A stretch of DNA of 64,000 nt from Octopus sinensis (GCF_006345805.1 NC_042997.1:153884001-153948000); one strand, 5' to 3'. Positions 51,163 to 63,306 are shown, counted from the stretch's first letter. The notes: a model not told the origin generated them from the letters alone. Numbers and translations are program-made.

Positions 51163-52146
51163 CTTTCAGGTGACTTTAGGCAAACTCTTCCTGTTATCCC
51201 CAAAGGCACACGAGCAGATGAGGTTCAAGCATGCCTTAAGTTGTCTCCGCTCTGGCGTCTTGTCAGGCCACTGACCCTGACAATCAACATGAGGGCTCAA
51301 TTGTTCGGCGACCAAACGTCGGCTAACTTCGCAAATGACATTCTGAAACTCGGCGACGGTAAAGTGCCGCTTGACGCTGATGGGGAATTGGACGTCCACC
51401 CGTTCGCAACTCCCGTTTCATCTTTGGCCGAACTCACTGATAAAGTGTTTCCCCATTTAAAAGATAATTATCTCAATCATGAATGGCTGTCTGAAAGAGC
51501 AGTGCTGGCCCCGAAAAACGTGACCGTTACAAAACTCAATGATCAACCGTTGCAGTCACTTCCCGGTGCTCCTTTCGCATACAAATCTGTAGATACGATG
51601 GTAGATGCGAATGAATCGCTGAATTTCTCAACGGAGTTCTTCAACTCTCTATACCCTCCGAGCCTACAACCACATCTGCTCCACCTTAAAGTTGGAAGTC
51701 CGGTTGTGCTTTTGCGCAATTTGGAGCCCTCCAGACTGTGCAACGGAACACATCTGGTTGTAAAAAAATTGATAAAGCATGTTGTCGAGGCAACCATCCT
51801 ATCCGGATGCGGAAAAGGTGAGGATGTATCCATTCCCAGGATTCCCCTTACTCCCTCTGGAGCAGACATATTTTTCGCCTTCAGAAGACTGCAATTCCGG
51901 CTCCGACCTAGCTTCGCCATGTCTGTCAACAAGTCCCCGGGCCAGACACTTTCTGTGGCTGGACTTCTCTTGGAAGAGCCTTGCTTTTCCCACGGCCAGC
52001 TGTACGTTGCATGCTCCAGAGTCGGCAGTAGAGACAGACTGCTTGCATTAACACGTCGGGGGAAGACAAGAAACATAGTCCTACAACAAAGTGCTACGTA
52101 TTTGCCAAGGCTGAAGTGGGTACGTTATCGCCATGCATGCACATAA
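51163..52146 (+). pseudogene. Helitron PIF1-family helicase C-terminal fragment (open for ~325 codons)
   Basis: In-frame LSGDFRQTLPVIPKG upstream of ORF 51241; ERAVLAPKN, LKVGSPVVLLRNL...LCNGT, RLQFRLRPSFAMSVNKSPGQT and CFSHGQLYVACSRV. Confidence 0.92.
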
Positions 52147-52469
52147 CGGTGCGCACTCAAATACTTTACTATTTTTTCCCATATCAGACGGAAGCATCAG
52201 AAAAGGACGCCTGCCTCTTGACATTCTGTGGGTTTATGGAAGGCATTCGTGTGATGTTCCTACGATGGCAAAGAGGTGGCGATTCGTTGCAGTTGCACGA
52301 TAATAATGCAAAGAAACAATGCTGTCAAACAGCTGCTACAAACCGACCAGCGGAAATGCATGTTAGGTATCGCATATTTGAGGACATTTCAGCTGCTTTC
52401 TAAACGGTCGATTACTTCAAGTATGTTTGTTCATAACATTAAAGTGACCAGTTCAACGGAAAGGATACC

Positions 52470-52700
52470 TATTTCTTTATTGCCCACAAGGGGCTAAACT
52501 TAGAGGGGACAAACAAGGACAGACATAGGTATTAAGTCGATTACATCGACCCCAGTGCGGAACTGGTACTTAATTTATCGACCCCGAAAGGATGAAAGGC
52601 AAAGTCAACCTCGGCGGAATTTGAACTCAGAACGTAACGGCAGACGAAATACCGCTAAGCATTTCGCCCGGCGTGCTAACGTTTCTGCCAGCTCGCCGCC
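52470..52700 (-). mobile_element. S1 SINE inserted in the Helitron 3' region, 18-bp TSD
   Basis: TSD TTCAACGGAAAGGATACC at 52452-52469 and 52701-52718. Confidence 0.9.
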
Positions 52701-52980
52701 TTCAACGGAAAGGATACCAATTTACAAAACGCTTGGTTGCTACGTGCTGCATGAACCTCTTGAGGGCGACATTCTAACTGTTGACCATTAACCTCCTTCA
52801 ACTGGGGGCAATCTATCGCTCAAACGATTCCCTCTTAGGAAACGTTGAAATTGTTCAAACCATTTTCTTCCTACACGTTCTTCTGTGTGATTCATTCTAT
52901 AGTTTCATTCGCAAGTGTATGGTAATTTATTAAGACCCGTGCAACGCCGGGGACTACAGCTAGTACATACATATGCATTT

Positions 52981-53208
52981 AGAAAGGGTAAAGACCCCCT
53001 TCGGTCATGATTGACCATGGGATTGCACCTAAAGGTCGATACAGCTTGGCACCAGTGACGTCGCAACTCATTTCTACAGCTGAGTGAACTGGAGCAACGT
53101 GAAATAAAGTGCCTTGCTCAAGAACACAACACGCAGCCCGGTCCGGGATTCGAGCTCACAACCTCACGATCGTAAGCTCGACGCTCTAACCACTGAACCA
53201 TGCGCCTT
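52981..53208 (-). mobile_element. S2 SINE
   Basis: GGGATTCGAGCTC...CTCTAACCACTGAACCATGCGCCTT is the reverse complement of the head. Confidence 0.82.
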
Positions 53209-53234
53209 ATACATACATATATATATATATATGA

Positions 53235-53326
<92 letters not shown>

Positions 53327-53577
53327 GATGAATAGCTTTGCGTAAACCATGGTCCGTTTTGTTCTCTTACTTTATTATCATCTTATAATCATCTCATAAT
53401 AATGACTTTTATGACTCGTATTACTACCTCAGTCAATCTAAATGTATATATTTGTCGTTACCTGTCATAAATAGCCTTTTTTATTTGCAATGTGCATTTT
53501 CGTTGATTTTTCATATTTTACCCTTACATTTCCACGTGTATTTTATATTCTTTTCGTAACATATTTCTACTATATAT

Positions 53578-53670
<93 letters not shown>

Positions 53671-53672
53671 TA

Positions 53673-53879
53673 CAGGGTGACCCAGACTTAGGTTTACAGT
53701 TATTCAACTATCTTTTTCGCATTCATATATTAACAGTTTAGATCTTAATTATAAAAAAATATGAAGCCATTATTCTATGCTAAGTTAGTTATTTGTAAGA
53801 TAGAAATTTAAATGTGATAAAATGTTTTAAAAAATTTAAAGTACCTACGTCATAACTGTAAACCTATTTTGGGGCCACC

Positions 53880-53882
<3 letters not shown>
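53673..53882. mobile_element. Tc1/mariner MITE in a TA microsatellite
   Basis: TA|CAGGGTGACCCAGACTTAGGTTTACAGTT ... AACTGTAAACCTATTTTGGGGCCACCCTG|TA. Confidence 0.8.
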
Positions 53883-53913
<31 letters not shown>

Positions 53914-54657
53914 CTTTTTTCCGCCTACCAAATCCACTCACGAGACTTTGGTCAGCTCGGGGTTACAGCAGAAAATACTTGAAGAAAAGACCACATAGTT
54001 GGAAGGCAAGCTTCTCAACCACACAGCTACGTCTGGACACTTCCTCAAAATTTTTCTGTACACAGTATCACAAAAATACCAAAATCTTTTTAAGTAACCC
54101 CGTTCTGTTGTCTTATTAAAAATTTTAACCAGATCAATGCAAAAGTTTTCTAGATTGAAACCATACGTATCTCTAAATCAAAATTTGATACAAAAGAAGC
54201 AATATTATGTACTTGGTGACACCACAAAATAATTCGTTACGGATTACATACATCGGAAGTAGTTGAAAAAAAAAACCCGAATCAATGAGTGTGGAACGTT
54301 TCCGACGGCACTCCACAAACGGAACAGCGGAAGACGTTAAAATATTGTAAATACAATAATTCTGGAATTTCAGCGAGATGCGATGCGTGAATATAGCAAT
54401 GTTGGAAATTCCCACATAATACGTGAAGCTTGATACGTCATGTGTCACACACGCACACACACATATACACAGATCTGTGCACAAGCTTGTCGGGTGGATG
54501 GATTACATTTCTTCTACGATGGTAACCTTAATCCATCTCCCGATTTAACACCAGTGCTTGGCGCTTGGATACCTTTAGCAGAGGCTAATGTCTTTGTTGT
54601 AAGGCCTGAAGATAAACGATGAATCAATGTTTTAAATACCCACCGTTACCTGTCTCA

Positions 54658-54985
54658 GTGAAGGCGCATGGCTCTGCCGTTAGAGCGTCGGACTCACAAT
54701 CAAGAGGTAGTGAGTTCGATTCTCGGACAGTGTTTTGTGTTGTGTTCTTCAACAAGACACTTTATTTCATGTTGCTCCAGTTCACTCAGCTGCAGAAATG
54801 AGTTGCGACGTCACTGGTGCCAAGCTGTATCGGCATTTTCCTTTCCTTTGGATAACATCAGTGGCGTGGAGAGGTGAAACTGGTTTGCATGGGCGATTGT
54901 TGATCTTCCATAACCAATCTTGCCTCGGATGGGAGCTTTCTAGGTGCAATCTCATGGTCATTCATGACCGAAGGGATCTTTTTAC
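54658..54985 (+). mobile_element. S2 SINE
   Basis: GTGAAGGCGCATGGCTC...GAGTTCGATTCTC...CATGACCGAAGGG. Confidence 0.8.
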
Positions 54986-55197
54986 TTGTCTCAGAGTCCC
55001 ATGAAAAGAATTCATAGGTGCTACCTTTCAGTGACGTAGTTAGAGTGTGTGCTACTCGATGCAGCCTTTGTAAAGTCCGCCCCGGCCTACTAAACAGCTT
55101 ATACAACAGACACGAAGGGGCTGCCTTAATAAATGTGTTGCTAGGGAAGAAATGTCCTCAAACTAGAGCTACGCTATTGCTACTTTTTCTCCTCTGA

Positions 55198-55580
55198 TTT
55201 AGTTAGTTAGTTAGTTAATTTGGCTCAAAAGCAAATAGCAAGGCCATGTAGGGGGACATGGAGTTAAGTACAGGGTGGTGTTCATGTAAAGAGTTCAGGC
55301 CACTTGAGGTCAAGGGAAGCTTTGAACAAAGCGGTCGTCGGCATCTTCACCATCTCGTCTGGCAGCTTGTTCCACGGATCCGCAACCCGGACGGAGAAAG
55401 CTCCTCTCCTTCGATTGAGATGAAATCGTCGCAGGTAGAGCTTTTCGGAATGACCCCGCAGCCGACGCTCTGGAGCAGGAGTGAAGAACAGCTCTTTCGA
55501 GAGGTTACACTTTCCGCTTATGATGTTGTGGGCGAGAATGAGATCACCACGGCGGCGGCGTTTTTCAAGAGAATTTAGCC
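55198..55580 (-). mobile_element. CR1 LINE 3' end (ORF2 C-terminus, short 3'UTR, (ACTA)n tail)
   Basis: LNSLEKRRRRGDLI...LRGHSEKL...FSVRVADPWNKLP...FKASLD; the tail reads (TTAG)n on plus at 55198-55215. Confidence 0.88.
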
Positions 55581-56967
55581 GTAAGAAAAAATACATTTAG
55601 AGCCTTCAAAAGAAATTTGCCCAGGTCAAACAAAGGAACACAACTATTTTCGGATCGGGTGATGGTAGGGTCTTCTCAAAATTCAAGAGTACCAGTCTTT
55701 TATCTTTAGGAGGTGGTTCCGCAAATACAAACCTCTATTTAGTGCTCCCAGCCCCGGAACAATATACTGCTTAAACTCATCTTTCATAGGCTCTGGGCAA
55801 AAAGACGATGCATTAGGAGCTGTAGTTGTTTAGCCCTGAGTCACTCCTAATCAAGCTGGTGACCTATGATCAAAGAAATTCCAGTCATGACCATCCCACT
55901 TTTTAAAGTACATCGAGCAATATATCATATAAAATGTAAATCCCTATTTTTGGTGTTTGGTATGATTTGACAGGAGACGTAGGGGCAAGCTGATAATTTT
56001 AACAGATCGAAAGATCGCTTTGAACCACCTTCGTTCGAGCTATTTAATTGCAGTTAAGGTTAGTAATTCTCAAACTGACAAATACCAGGCCCCTACAAAT
56101 GTGTGTGTGTATGTGTATATGTGCGTGTATGAACGAGTGTATGTATGCGCGTGCACGCATCTATTTGTGAAATTTTGGGTGTCTTCTTGCTGTTTATTAA
56201 CCAGTAAACAAAAGGGAGTTTGCATCCTTATAACTCCTTTTTCTTTTCCATAGTGCTGGACGTACTCAAAATAAGGTTAAAGCCTTCTTAACTTTACTAC
56301 ATATGTTTTTTATCTGTCATTTCTATCTTCACTGTACCTCCACTATTCATGTGATATTGATCTAGGTTAATATATAATATCATTAGTTATTAATTGTATG
56401 TGTTCAAAGAAACGAGAACAGGATTTGAAGTCAACATAAAAATGAACTTGACTGAATGATAAATGATTGGTGAAAAATAGTTGTGAAAGCCGGCTGTGTG
56501 AAAACGTAATACAATCGTTACTCGTGCTATGTAACCATTGTGATCTAAAAAATCCTCGTCGTATCGTGAGTTTTCATAAAGTAAAATACCTTTTTCAATT
56601 GTTGTCCAACGAACATAAAATCAATGATAAAATAGGTTTTTTTTGTTTTTCTCATCATAGTATTTCACGTTACAAATAGATTTTCAGAAGCGATGCTTCT
56701 AAATTGTAGGGGATGCTTGTTACAAGGAGAATGCTTGATGTAGTAAGCTAAGAAATTTTAATTAAAATAACACTCAGAAATGAGGGCAATTAGCAAGCAT
56801 TCTCCACCTGGTCCGTTCAGCTACTACTCACTTCACGTAATGTTAATTATCTTCAGGTTACCTTGAAATGTCCCGCTACCAAATAATCTTCGGCCGTTCC
56901 TTTTTACAACTGCCATCAGATGGTACCCAAGTCATGGCTGTTTGCGAATGCCGTTGAGCGTCTAGAC

Positions 56968-57250
56968 CAGCGGTTCCCATAGTGGGCGGTACTGCCGCCT
57001 TGGAGGCGGTGGGAAGATCTAAGAGGTCGTTGAAGAAAAGTGGGGCGATAATGGGGCAGCCAAAAGGAGGCCATGGATGTAAAAACAACAAAATAATGGG
57101 TTAATTAGGTTAAGTTTTATTTGTGAAATGCAGTTGTTTTGAATTTGTTGCAGAAAGTGGTCTATGTTTGTGGTGCTGATGGAAGGGGGTGCTATGAACG
57201 TAGCCTGAGTGCCGAGGGGGCGATAACCTGAAAAAGTTTGGGAACCACTG
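56968..57250. mobile_element. hAT (Charlie-type) MITE A
   Basis: TIRs CAGCGGTTCCCA / TGGGAACCACTG; 8-bp TSD GTCTAGAC (56960-56967) / GTCTAGAT (57251-57258). Confidence 0.85.
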
Positions 57251-57258
57251 GTCTAGAT

Positions 57259-57660
57259 AAGTGGCTCTCAACCAAGGTTCATATGACCCCCAGGATGGTG
57301 GTGGGACATATAAGATTTTGGTGTGCTCCAAGCAAGCAAAATAGTAAATTGGGGACCTACGGTAGTATTATAGGGATCCATGCAAAAATTTTGCTTTAGA
57401 TGTATGTATTGCAAGAAACAACTAGACTTCTTTCTCTCATGTTATCCATAGTTCAACATATTTCTGGCTACTGAAACATGTTCTCTCAGAGCTATCTATA
57501 GTAATCCTACTCAAGTGAATGTGTGAAAAGCAAAATAGGATTTTTTAAAGAAGTATCTATGAAACTAGTTTTAAACATCGAATAACTCTGGGGCCCACCA
57601 GAGTAAAACGGTAATCAAAGGGATCCATAAGCAAAAAAAAAAAATGGTTGAAAGTCCCTG
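57259..57660. mobile_element. hAT MITE B, directly abutting MITE A
   Basis: AAGTGGCTCTCAACC ... GGTTGAAAGTCCCTG; flanks GTCTAGAT / GTCTAGAA (57661-57668); homologous to 62825-63150. Confidence 0.78.
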
Positions 57661-58155
57661 GTCTAGAAGGAGAACGTGACCAACCAAGCAGAATCGACAC
57701 CGTTCTACAATCTTTTGCAGTGGTCGTGATCTCTCTCTTCTCAGAATCTCAATGGATAAGGTTAATCTAAATCAATAGAGAGTTTTAAGTATGCAAGTTT
57801 CCATTTCACTATTACTAAGTTTTCGTGCAGCAAACGTTCCTAGGTACTATTCCTTGGTCATTGTTTTAAATTCTTACAACTTATTGTATAGTCTCTCCCT
57901 TACCCACGTTTATGTTTTAATTTCAAATCTTGTTCACGTTTCTTTAAAATTTGTATCAATAATATACCGAAGATCATATAATCACATAAATCACTTAACT
58001 ATAGATAGATTGTTCTTGTGCCTATTAAAAAAAAGAAAGAGATATATACACTAAGGGTTAAAATGCACAATGAATGTACATTACTTAGATGCTGCATCCA
58101 GACGAGATTAAATACATATTTCAACCGATACTGTGACAACAAATAGTTCTTACTT

Positions 58156-58306
58156 TATTTCATATTTTTAATAATGATCTACTAAAGGCACATGGCCTTG
58201 AAATTCTGGACGAGGGTACTAGTCGATTGCATCGACCCCAGTGTGTAACTGGTACTTAATTTATCGACCCCGAAAAGATGAAAGGCAAAGTCGACCTCGG
58301 CGGAAT
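58156..58306 (-). mobile_element. 5'-truncated S1 SINE (tail B) with a 17-bp TSD
   Basis: TSD ACAAATAGTTCTTACTT at 58139-58155 and 58307-58323. Confidence 0.8.
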
Positions 58307-58399
58307 ACAAATAGTTCTTACTTACAGAGACACAAATCTAGTCGATGATATTGATGCCAACACTTTGTTTTACGCACCCTGCTTAATGATTCCGGTATT

Positions 58400-59030
58400 C
58401 CGCTGACGATTGTAAGGCCGTGAGTTCGTTTCCCGGCGGCGCGTTGTGTCCTTGAGCAAGACACTTTATTTCACATTACTCCACTCAACTGGCAAAAATG
58501 AGTTGTACCTGTAATTTAAAGGGCCAGTCTTGACACATTCTGTATCACACTGTATCTCTCTGAGAACCACGTTAATGCTATCTGTGTCTGTGGAGTGCTC
58601 AGCAACTTTTACGTTAAATTCACAAGCATTTTTTCCCGATTCTCAGTCAATTCTCCCAGTTCATCGCCCCTTAGAGTAACTAATAATTGTCCTCAAATTG
58701 ATACCAGGCCTGAAACTTGGGGAACGAAATTAGTCGATTATATCGGCCCTAGTATTTGACTAGTACTTTGCTTTATTGAGCCAGTAGTTCGATGGGATTT
58801 AAACTCAGAATGGAAAAATGTCACGATAAATTTTGTTCGACACTTTATAACGATGGTTTCTAATTTAGGCGAAAGGCTAATAGTTTTGAGGAGAAGAGCT
58901 GAGTCGATACCTTTGACTTCGGTATTTCGTTGGTACTTTATTTTATCTGCTCCAGAGAAATAAAAAGAAAAAAGAAAAAAGACTGCGGGGGTATTTGAAC
59001 TTAGAATATAACGAGCCGACATTCTAACGA
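58400..59030. mobile_element. Degraded S2 (+) and S1 (-) SINE remnants
   Basis: Partial matches GTGAGTTCGTTTCCCGG...GAGCAAGACACTTTATTTC and GTCGATTATATCG...ATTTGAACTTAGAA. Confidence 0.55.
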
Positions 59031-59215
59031 GTTTTTCAAAGTTTTTGCCAATCCTGCACCCCTCTTGGGATGCTTTCGATTATAGGACAGATTTAGTTTC
59101 CTACAATAGCACCGACTTAGCACTAAAGAACAACAACAACAACAGCAAAATTCAGTAGTATACGAAATTACAGAACCTCTTTGTAGCTGCTCAACTAGCA
59201 AGAAATAATAATCTT

Positions 59216-59449
59216 GAAGGCGGGGTGCTTGCAGAAACGTTAGCACGCCAGGCGAAATGCTTAGGGATATTTCGTCTGTCTTTACGGTCAAAGTTCAAAT
59301 TCCGCCGAGGTCGACTTTGCTTTTCATCCTTTTCGAGTTCGATAAATTAAGTACCAGTTACGCACTGGGGTTGATGTAATTGACTTAATTCCTCTGTCTA
59401 TCCTTGTTTGTCCCCTCTATGTTTAGCCCCTTGTGGGCAATAAAGAAAT
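59216..59449 (+). mobile_element. S1 SINE monomer
   Basis: TSD AAGAAATAATAATCTT (59200-59215) / AAGAAATAACAATCTT (59450-59465). Confidence 0.85.
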
Positions 59450-61610
59450 AAGAAATAACAATCTTATTTTGCTCAAATAATATTCTGCCGCCTTAAGAAC
59501 GCGAATACTTTTGTAGTGGGGTCATGCAGGCACAGCGGGGATTCGATCCTCGATCGCCAAATTTCACTTAACACAGAGGGAGAAGCTTGCGGGATGGTCA
59601 AAAATACTGATGAGATGAGTGATGAAAAGGATGACATTGATGGTCATCACATACATTTGGTGACTCTCGACTGCAACAAAGAACCAACCGTTACATAAAC
59701 AGTTACAAATGATGACCCCGAGTTAGAGAATTGCAGCCTTCACCTTGAACAGGTGTCACATCCATCGATTACACTAGTGACCACTGACTCCACCAACATA
59801 TATTGTAATACGAACCGTTACACTGGCAACCAACGCCTTAACAACAACCGTTACATTTGGTGAACCCATCTACAGAGAATCACTGTCTACTGATGCACCA
59901 TCGTTCGACTTGATACAAAAATCTCTATACTGCGGTCCATACTGCGATGCCCTTCACTACAATGCAACCCTGCCGATGCACAAAGAATTCGCTGACCATG
60001 GAACCCCGATTTAACTGCAAGAAAATACGGAAGCCCACATATGCAACCTTTTCGGCACACACACGTTTTTGGTCTCATCACAACGTACAGAACCTGCATC
60101 GTCTACGAACTTTTACAAACTCTCAACAACGCTTTTTCTTTGATTGCATATCTTTTTTTTTTTTCACTTTCAGCAGTAGTCTTTTAACAAAGGACACTAT
60201 TTTCAGCTAAGTTTATCACTTTTGTTAACTCATTTTTATGCTGTTCATTTCTTTTGCTGCACTGCACAACATTCATACATCTACCTGCATGCTCTAACAC
60301 TGTCACATTTATACACCAAACCACACAATGCATTTCTCGCTTGCTTTTCATGCTCTTTGTGCCTTTGTAGACACAACTCGCCTCTGTAAGACTCTAGGTT
60401 GGTCATATACACATAGAGAAAGTTGTTTGGGGGAGAAAGAAGGTTACAATCAGCCAACTATGAGATACAACTTCCCCCGACTCTATAACTTGTGGATTAC
60501 TACTACGAGAACGTGTACACATACCGGCCGAAATTAACTCTTTTTACCTCGCATGCTTTTCCATTAACTAATTATACATACCAACCCGTCGTGGTCTTCG
60601 CATATATTAAAGTAACGGTAAATAAATATTTCTTTACTGTACTTTGTTTATCTTCACCTCTGCAACAGCAGCACTCGTTACAACCACTAACTGCCAACTC
60701 CAACATATATCGTAATAAAAACAGTTACACATTGCATAATGTAGTCGTAAGAGAGTATGGTCATGTCTGGAATACCCGTAAAAATTCTATTTTAATGACT
60801 TAATCAAGAGAGAAAGGGCAATTCTATGAGTCTTTGCAGGTTTTACGAGATAGGTGAGAGGCTATGAAGTTACCCTCTAAACGACGATCTGACCCAAACG
60901 CTTGCAACAGGTAACTAAAGAACAAGTTATAGTGTTGGACAGGATGATAGCTTAAGCTTTGTCACCCTGAAACAATTTCTATCTACCAAACAATTATGTT
61001 AAAAGACACTTGCTCAAAGTGCTCTGCAACGAAATCGAACTCAAATCTTAATAGTTACGAAGCGAAAGCCTTGACCGCGCATCTATACCTGCACCTGTAA
61101 ATCTGCTCGATCAGAGCCGACTAGCATCACGACATTAACAACAATAAAAATAGCAGCAGTAGCACGCAATTGTATAACAGCTAAAAGGAAGTCCGTTATA
61201 AAAGTTGTTTTTAATTTCTATTCAGCACACAACACAGCTTTTGCAGATTTGCCCACTCACTCATCACGGATGTCAACTGAAAAAAATATTTTCTTTTATT
61301 ATTGTTTCTATGCAAAAACATTTGATATACCAGGGAGCCAATGAGAGGACTTCTAATACGCGTCTCGCCCTGACAGGACTTCTAATACGCGTCTCTGCCT
61401 GACAGAAACAGTAAACATATCTCACTTAGATAGCATACCGTCATGATATATAAGCGGGACCAGCCATCTGAATGTGGCTAGGGACAGGGCGGGGTGGTGG
61501 GGGTGTTACTGATGCATTTAGCCCCAGGCGACTATAGACGTCACCAGGAGAGCCGACACCATCACGGTGTCCTTGCTAGCCTGTAAAGGGAGATCAGCCT
61601 CCCCGAAGAT

Positions 61611-61674
61611 ACGGATGCTACACACGGACCGGTTTCGAGGTGGTCGCCTCTCGTCAGCGCATGGCAAGCACCGT
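61611..61674 (-). ncRNA. Type I hammerhead ribozyme (antisense copy)
   Basis: Exact reverse complement of 61941-62004; CUGACGA at 61657-61651; predicted cleavage after 61627. Confidence 0.85.
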
Positions 61675-61940
61675 TCCTCGTTGAGGGACTTCCTCTACAG
61701 GCTAGAAATATATAGATTTTCACTGTAAACACAGTCACTGGCGTCGAAAATCTGTTCGATAACAATAATAAATCTCTAAGCGAGGTATAAACAGTAACTC
61801 CTCTGTAATATAAGCGGGACCAGCCATCTGAATGTGGCTAGGGACAGGGCGGGGTGGTGGGGGTGTTACTGATGCATTTAGCCCCAGGCGACTATAGACG
61901 TCACCAGGAGAGCCGACACCATCACGGTGTCCAACGAGGA

Positions 61941-62004
61941 ACGGTGCTTGCCATGCGCTGACGAGAGGCGACCACCTCGAAACCGGTCCGTGTGTAGCAT
62001 CCGT
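61941..62004 (+). ncRNA. Type I hammerhead ribozyme
   Basis: Stem I CATGCG(61952-57)/CGTGTG(61989-94), extended by ACGGTGCT/AGCATCCGT; core CUGACGA 61958-64; stem II GAGG-cgacca-CCTC; GAAA 61979-82; palindromic stem III ACCGGU; GUC cleavage triplet ending at 61988. Confidence 0.88.
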
Positions 62005-62767
62005 ATCTTCGGGGAGGCTGATCTCCCTTTACAGGCTAGCAAGATGGCTGGTCCCGCTTATATTACAGAGCAGTTACTGTTTATACCTCGCTTAGAGATT
62101 TATTATCGTCATGATATAAATCCAGAGAAAATACAAAACAAAGGCATAAGACGGTCCCCAGATACACCGTGTCTAGTGAAAAGAAAAGAAAAATGACGAG
62201 TAGATAAGACTGATATAGCGTTGAACCTCTGACTGCTAGCTCACGGCAAATGTCAATGAAACTAAATAGTAATAAGGATATTACAATTTAACTTAGTTGG
62301 ATTTTACCAGAGTGAAAACGCATGCTCTCTCAGCGAAATCGTATATATCATTTAATATCCAAGAACAGCCAATTCAGGCCAGTTACAAGCCCGATTCTGA
62401 ATATCTAGGAGATCGGTGGTGGTGATGATTGGGTCTTTTTAGATGACAAACGCTTTTTCTACGACAGTAGTACTTATTGTAGTTGGTTGCACTAACTGAG
62501 CATTTCTATAGAGGCAAGAATGACTGTGCGTTTAAGAGGTTTGCTTTCGTAACAACATGGTTTCAAGTTCGATTTCACCACGTAGCACCTCGTGCAAGTT
62601 CCTTCTAACATAGCCTCGAGATTACCAACGTAGTTTAAATAAAATCTGCTTAACAGAAATTGCCTGTCAGAGAACAGAAACTATGTGGAAATCTGTCAGA
62701 AGATCCGTTTCTATTCTTGGTCCTTCACTGCCTTCAGCAAAAAAGGACCTTGAAATTTATGACTGAT

Positions 62768-62809
<42 letters not shown>

Positions 62810-62824
62810 TCTTTTAGTCTACGG

Positions 62825-63150
62825 CAGTGGTTCTCAACCATTTTTTACTTATGGACCCCTTTCCTTTCATTACTATTTTACTCTAGTGGATCCCCGTAGC
62901 CATTCGATGTTTAGAAAAAAAAAACTGGTTTTATAAATACTTGTTTCAAAATTCCTATTTTATTTTTCACACATTAACTTGTGTAGGTTGAACTATATAA
63001 AACGTTGGAGAAAACTAGTTGTTTCTTGCAATAAATACATCTAAAGCATAACTTTTTCATGGACCCTTAATTACTATTTTGCTTGCATGAACCTCGAAAA
63101 TCTTATATAGAAGCCCCAAAGGTCATGTGGACTACAGTTGAGAACCACTG
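62825..63150. mobile_element. hAT MITE, same family as 57259-57660, opposite orientation
   Basis: TIRs CAGTGGTTCTCAAC / GTTGAGAACCACTG; degenerate TSD GTCTACGG / CTCTACAG. Confidence 0.82.
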
Positions 63151-63306
63151 CTCTACAGCATGTCTCTTACCATAGATGACTTAATATATGCAACAGTAAC
63201 CCAAAGTATCTAAAAGACATTATCCGTATGTGAAAAAAGATCACTATTTTGAAATAAGGTTGCAAACAAAAAAGAAACCGTTAAATCATGAGTATACTCT
63301 CTCTCT

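Larger units (their letters stand above)
51163..52963 (+). mobile_element. 5'-truncated Helitron with intact 3' terminus
   Basis: Hairpin CCCGTGCAACGCCGGG (52936-52951) then CTAG|T (52960-52964), downstream of the helicase. Confidence 0.85.
61451..62106. mobile_element. TSD-flanked composite retro-insertion with duplicated and inverted segments (Penelope/retrozyme-like)
   Basis: 12-bp TSD CGTCATGATATA at 61439-61450 and 62107-62118; 61448-61572 = 61808-61932; 61572-61683 is the reverse complement of 61932-62043; 62042-62106 is the reverse complement of ~61765-61829. Confidence 0.85.

Noticed and set aside
51150-51170. Apparent splice acceptor before GDFRQ
   Set aside because: CTTTCAGGT simply encodes L-S-G of the helicase motif; more likely a truncation junction.
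51163-52146. Host PIF1 helicase gene
   Set aside because: It lacks the N-terminal motifs, is intronless and is followed by a Helitron hairpin-CTAG end, so it is transposon-derived.
61343-61402. 30-bp tandem duplication just upstream of the ribozyme insertion
   Set aside because: It lies outside the TSD; no evidence that it belongs to the element.
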